From Myxococcota bacterium (GTDB taxonomy: Bacteria > Myxococcota_A > SURF-8): 64,000 bases of DNA. The position numbers and the translations under genes were made by a program. Below are positions 60,453 to 64,000 of this stretch, one piece after another (positions within the stretch are counted from its first letter, which is position 1; each line of letters starts with the position of its first letter). The notes under the pieces were generated by a model, which saw only the letters and a program-made list of their open reading frames with translations, did no database searches and had not been told where the DNA came from. Where the stretch lies: positions 2,528,001 to 2,592,000 of the forward strand of contig OZ223209.1 of NCBI GenBank assembly GCA_965140415.1. The letters are read 5' to 3'.

Positions 60453-60884
60453 GTTCTTACCTCATCATTCTTTGTAATTCCGGGCAAGTCTCTATAGATC
60501 ATGTTACCTTAGAGTCTGGTATGCAATCAATAAAAATTGCCGGTGATTTTGGATTTGGGAAATCAAGTGACTCGTATTTAAATAAGAGAGTAGAATCGCA
60601 AAGGTCATCGGTTTTTCTTTAGAAAGCGTTTCCACTTGATGAGAGAGCAGTATTCACTGGTGCAAGCTCTCCTTCGCTAAACGGGGATAAGTCAATTTAA
60701 TTTTATATGTGCCCCACTTGTTCCTGTTAAAATAGTGCTTGTTCCCTTTATTTGATTGAGAAATCTGATATAATGGCAGAGTACACTGATAAATGGCAGT
60801 TGCTGCCAGAATGGCCGAGTACAACAGGTTCATGGAAACCATCTGCTTTATGGCTTGTATGTGTTTATTAAGCAAGGAGTATGG

Positions 60885-61490
60885 ATGCCAAGACTTTCTC
60901 TTCGTGAACTGAAAAAAAGAAAAACGCGCGAAAAGCTAATTGAAATCGCCAATCGAAGGTTTCTTGAAAAAGGATTCGAGAAAACGACAATTGATGAAAT
61001 CGTTCTTGAAGCGGAATTGTCCCAGCGAACGTTTTTCAGGTATTTCGCAACGAAAGAGGCTGTTGTTTTCTGGGATTTTGATCGGCGAATTGATCAATTG
61101 CAGCAACTCCTCGCTGAGGAAGGAATCTATTCTTCCCCGTTTGATCGCATCAACAGAGTTTTCCGCTTGATGGCTGAGGAGTACCACGAAAATCGGGTGC
61201 AACTTTTTCAAGAATACAAGATTGTGATGTCCTCCAAATTTCTGACTGCAATGGATATCGAACAAGACTTGGCCTATGAGCGCCTGTTCGCAACGAGTTT
61301 ACAGTATTGGAAACAAGCTCCCTGTCTGTCTTCAAGCAAAGCTAATCTCATTGCTGCTGCGCTTTTTGGCGCGATTCGTTCCGTAATGGGAACCTGGTTT
61401 GAAGATGAATGCAGGCAAAACCTAGTCGAACTTAGCGAAGACCTATTTCTGCTCAGTGATGTTTTGGAAAAGGGTATTGCAAACAGATGA
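60885..61490 (+). CDS. TetR-family transcriptional regulator
   Basis: LRELKKRKTR, GFEKTTIDEI and SQRTFFRYFATKE. Confidence 0.93.
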   Translation: MPRLSLRELKKRKTREKLIEIANRRFLEKGFEKTTIDEIVLEAELSQRTFFRYFATKEAVVFWDFDRRIDQLQQLLAEEGIYSSPFDRINRVFRLMAEEYHENRVQLFQEYKIVMSSKFLTAMDIEQDLAYERLFATSLQYWKQAPCLSSSKANLIAAALFGAIRSVMGTWFEDECRQNLVELSEDLFLLSDVLEKGIANR

Positions 61491-61767
61491 TGATGAGGGA
61501 TCGCACGGATTATGTGCTGTAAACATGATAGATTGTATTCTTGAATCAGGGTGATTGGGTCAAATAAAGAAACGTGGTAAGTATTCCGGGATTGTCGTTC
61601 TTTCTGAATCCAATTCATTGCAGCTTAAAAAGGTTGTGTTTTGGTGTGGGGGTGCACCTAAACAAACCTTGCTTTATCATACCGGCTATGCTAACCCAAT
61701 CAATAATATATCTTGGAAAGTCCAGTGACTTCCTGTCCAATGTCATTTCCCATACTTGGAGGAGCCA

Positions 61768-62973
61768 ATGACCCGACATCGCTTTTTGTTGATGTTTACC
61801 TTGATTCTGCTTGCCTTGGCGTTTTTCGTCGGTTGCGAGAAGAAGTCGGATGATTCTTCTGCGGTAGATAAAGCCGAAAAAGCTTCGAAACAGGAAACCG
61901 CAAATCCGGAAGGTACTGCAAAACCTGAAGAAATCAAAATCGAGGAAGACGCTGCTAAAGGCAAAGATCAATCCTACGCGGCCTCGCACATTCTGATCGC
62001 GTATAAGGGCGCCACAAGGGCTGCTGAAACGGTAGTGCGTAGCAAAGAAGAAGCTGAAAAGCTGGCGAAGGAACTGGCGGCAAAGCTTGCCAAGGATCCT
62101 GCCCAGTTCGAAACTCTGGCGAAAGAGAATTCAGATTGCCCAAGCGCTCCCAACGGAGGCGATTTGGGTTCCTGGCAGAGTGGCATGATGGTGCCGGAAT
62201 TTGAAAAAGCGGTGCAGGGGATGGAGATTGGACAGATTACGGCGGCTCCCGTTGAGACTCCGTTTGGTTTTCACGTGATTCGCCGCAATAAAACCCTCAA
62301 GCAGGAAGAAGTGGCTGCCGAGCATATTCTGATCGCTCATAAAGACAGTTCCCGAGTGCCTGAAGGTGTCACTCGCACTGTGGAAGAAGCGGAGAAACGT
62401 GCGCAGGAAATCGTCAAAAAAGCGAAAGCCAAGCCGGAAGCGTTTTTAGAGTTGGCTAAAGAAGTTTCCGACGATAATTTCAACTCGCTGCCCGCATGGA
62501 AAACCGGCACCAATCGTATGCCGCCGGAATTCGATATGGCGCTGTTGGAATTGGAAATGAACGCCGTGTCCGAGCCGATTAAAACCCAATATGGTTTCCA
62601 TATTTTCCATCGTATTCCGCTGCCCCCCAAAATGTCGGCTTCTCACATCCTCGTTCAATACAAAGGCGCGCAAAGTGCGCCGCTATCGATTACTCGCAGC
62701 AAGGAAGAAGCTTTAAAGCGTGCAGAAGAAGCATTGGCGAAAGTTAAGGCCGATCCTGCAAAATTCGGTGAAAACGTAAAAGAATACAGTGACGATCCCA
62801 GTGCCGTGATGAATCAGGGAAACCTGGGAATTTGGAACAAAGGTTCGATGGTTCCGGAATTTGAAGAAGCTCTGGGAAAACTGAAAGTAGACGAAATCGG
62901 TGGTCCGGTGGAAAGTCCTTTCGGTTATCACATCATTTTGCGTCAGGATCCGGCAAAACAAAGCGGCAAATAA
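61768..62973 (+). CDS. Peptidyl-prolyl isomerase lipoprotein with three parvulin domains
   Basis: Lipobox FVGC; three SHILI/EHILI...FGFH/YGFH/FGYH rotamase units. Confidence 0.93.
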   Translation: MTRHRFLLMFTLILLALAFFVGCEKKSDDSSAVDKAEKASKQETANPEGTAKPEEIKIEEDAAKGKDQSYAASHILIAYKGATRAAETVVRSKEEAEKLAKELAAKLAKDPAQFETLAKENSDCPSAPNGGDLGSWQSGMMVPEFEKAVQGMEIGQITAAPVETPFGFHVIRRNKTLKQEEVAAEHILIAHKDSSRVPEGVTRTVEEAEKRAQEIVKKAKAKPEAFLELAKEVSDDNFNSLPAWKTGTNRMPPEFDMALLELEMNAVSEPIKTQYGFHIFHRIPLPPKMSASHILVQYKGAQSAPLSITRSKEEALKRAEEALAKVKADPAKFGENVKEYSDDPSAVMNQGNLGIWNKGSMVPEFEEALGKLKVDEIGGPVESPFGYHIILRQDPAKQSGK

Positions 62974-62997
62974 CGGCTGCTCGATTTTAGCTCTTTT

Positions 62998-63027
62998 AAC
63001 GGCCACCAGCGATTGCAGGTGGCCGTT
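62998..63027 (+). terminator. Hairpin after the PPIase gene
   Basis: AACGGCCACC-10nt-GGTGGCCGTT. Confidence 0.55.
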
Positions 63028-63039
63028 TCCCTTGGGGAA

Positions 63040-63390
63040 ATGATTGTGGATTCGAACTGGTTTGTTTACATTCTTCTGTGTGCTGATAACACCTTGTATA
63101 CAGGATGTACAACCGATCCGAAACGAAGGGAATCAACACATAATCGTGGAAAAGGAGCTCGCTATACGGCTGCACGGCGTCCTGTCAAATTGGTCTGGAT
63201 TCAGTGTTGTCCGAATCACTCGGAAGCACTGAAGAAAGAGGCGGCTATCAAGAAGTTATCTCGAAAAGAGAAGCTGCGAAGCATTTTACTGGCACCTTAT
63301 TGTACGATTATTGAAAGTGTGGATCGGTGGATGCCTGGAGTGCAGATTCGCCTGGTTCGAAAATCGGAGCCATTTTTAAATAAACGGTAG
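63040..63390 (+). CDS. GIY-YIG nuclease family protein (UPF0213-like)
   Basis: WFVYILLCADNTLYTGCT, HNRGKGARYT and EAAIKKL. Confidence 0.9.
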   Translation: MIVDSNWFVYILLCADNTLYTGCTTDPKRRESTHNRGKGARYTAARRPVKLVWIQCCPNHSEALKKEAAIKKLSRKEKLRSILLAPYCTIIESVDRWMPGVQIRLVRKSEPFLNKR

Positions 63391-63402
63391 CAGAATGGGA
63401 TT

Positions 63403-64000
63403 ATGGTAAACTTACCTTTACAAAAAGAATCGAACAGCCTGCTTCCGTTTTTCGGTCTGTATGGTTTCTTCTTTTGTGCATGGGGAATCATGTTGCCGTT
63501 CTTCACGTTGTATCTGGTGGAAGAAGGCAACTCCAGGCGATTCGTCAACTGGGTGTTCGCCTGCTTCCCTCTGATGAGCATCATCGCCCCACCTTTTTGG
63601 GGATACATGATGGACAGAGTGTTGAACCGGCGCTGGACCATGATGGCATTGTTGGCGATTTCCGGTTCGGTATACACGCTGTTCATGTACATTTCCAAAG
63701 GACCTGAACTGATTCCGATCATGCTGGTGTTTTCCTTTTTCGGTGCGTCCATGATTCCAACTATGGATGCGCTTACTTTACGCAATATTCGGGAACAGTT
63801 TGCAACGGTTCGTTCTGCTGGAACATTGACTTTTTTGATCACCAGTCTAGCCGGTGGCATTCTGCTGGATTGGATCTCGATGCGTACATTGCTATGGGTG
63901 GTCCCGATTTGTTTATGGTTGACGATCATTCCCGTATGGTTCGTAAAGGATCGTTCGGCTCTGGATCGGACAACGGGGCAGCGGGCGGTTACATTGCCGC
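63403..64000 (+). CDS. MFS transporter (runs off the right window edge)
   Basis: Read by hand from ATG 63403: LYGFFFCAWGIMLPFFTLYL, PPFWGYMMDR and FATVRSAGTLTF, with successive TM helices. Confidence 0.85.
   Translation, partial: MVNLPLQKESNSLLPFFGLYGFFFCAWGIMLPFFTLYLVEEGNSRRFVNWVFACFPLMSIIAPPFWGYMMDRVLNRRWTMMALLAISGSVYTLFMYISKGPELIPIMLVFSFFGASMIPTMDALTLRNIREQFATVRSAGTLTFLITSLAGGILLDWISMRTLLWVVPICLWLTIIPVWFVKDRSALDRTTGQRAVTLP

Noticed and set aside
61488-61496. TGATGATGA triple stop after TetR as a recoding site
   Set aside because: The TetR protein is full length and no SECIS-like hairpin or meaningful downstream frame was evident.
63040-63390. GIY-YIG protein as a homing endonuclease or mobile element
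   Set aside because: It is the short stand-alone UPF0213 type, with no intron or element boundaries.

Overview
Gene-dense bacterial chromosomal segment with about 48 CDS and 2 tRNAs. MYXO-CTERM-like tails, PEGA proteins, an FHA-sigma54 activator next to a Ser/Thr kinase, and many Cys-rich, DGD-linker secreted proteins suggest a Myxococcota-like (former deltaproteobacterial) organism; this is an inference. From 1 to 15 kb lie a minus-strand trans-envelope signalling block and secreted enzymes (a transglutaminase-like protein and two S1 proteases) around purB. From 15 to 29 kb are housekeeping genes: MscS, CorC, tandem ndk, a carboxyltransferase, pterin genes, cysE, a D-aminoacylase and xth. 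tRNA-Gln and tRNA-Glu at 29.5 kb are followed by a receptor-less chemosensory cluster (Xis-like HTH-REC, dual-HPt CheA with an MshEN-like insert, CheW/R/D, HDOD, CheY, CheX, degenerate CheD, CheB), a radical SAM enzyme and a GH5 endoglycoceramidase-like lipoprotein. The rest holds a vWA protein, an M16 peptidase pair, amrS, a split NAD synthetase with nadD, hisS-hutH, a degenerate FlhG/J-like pair, an IgGFc-binding lipoprotein, TetR, a triple parvulin, a GIY-YIG protein and an MFS transporter. The most notable unannotated signals are a promoter-flanked ~105-nt hairpin sRNA candidate with a C7 loop (49.1 kb), 8-bp tandem repeats upstream of the Xis-like regulator, and a ~115-bp multi-hairpin element resembling IS200/IS605 ends (42.1 kb). 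No CRISPR array, integrase, reverse transcriptase or rRNA was seen.
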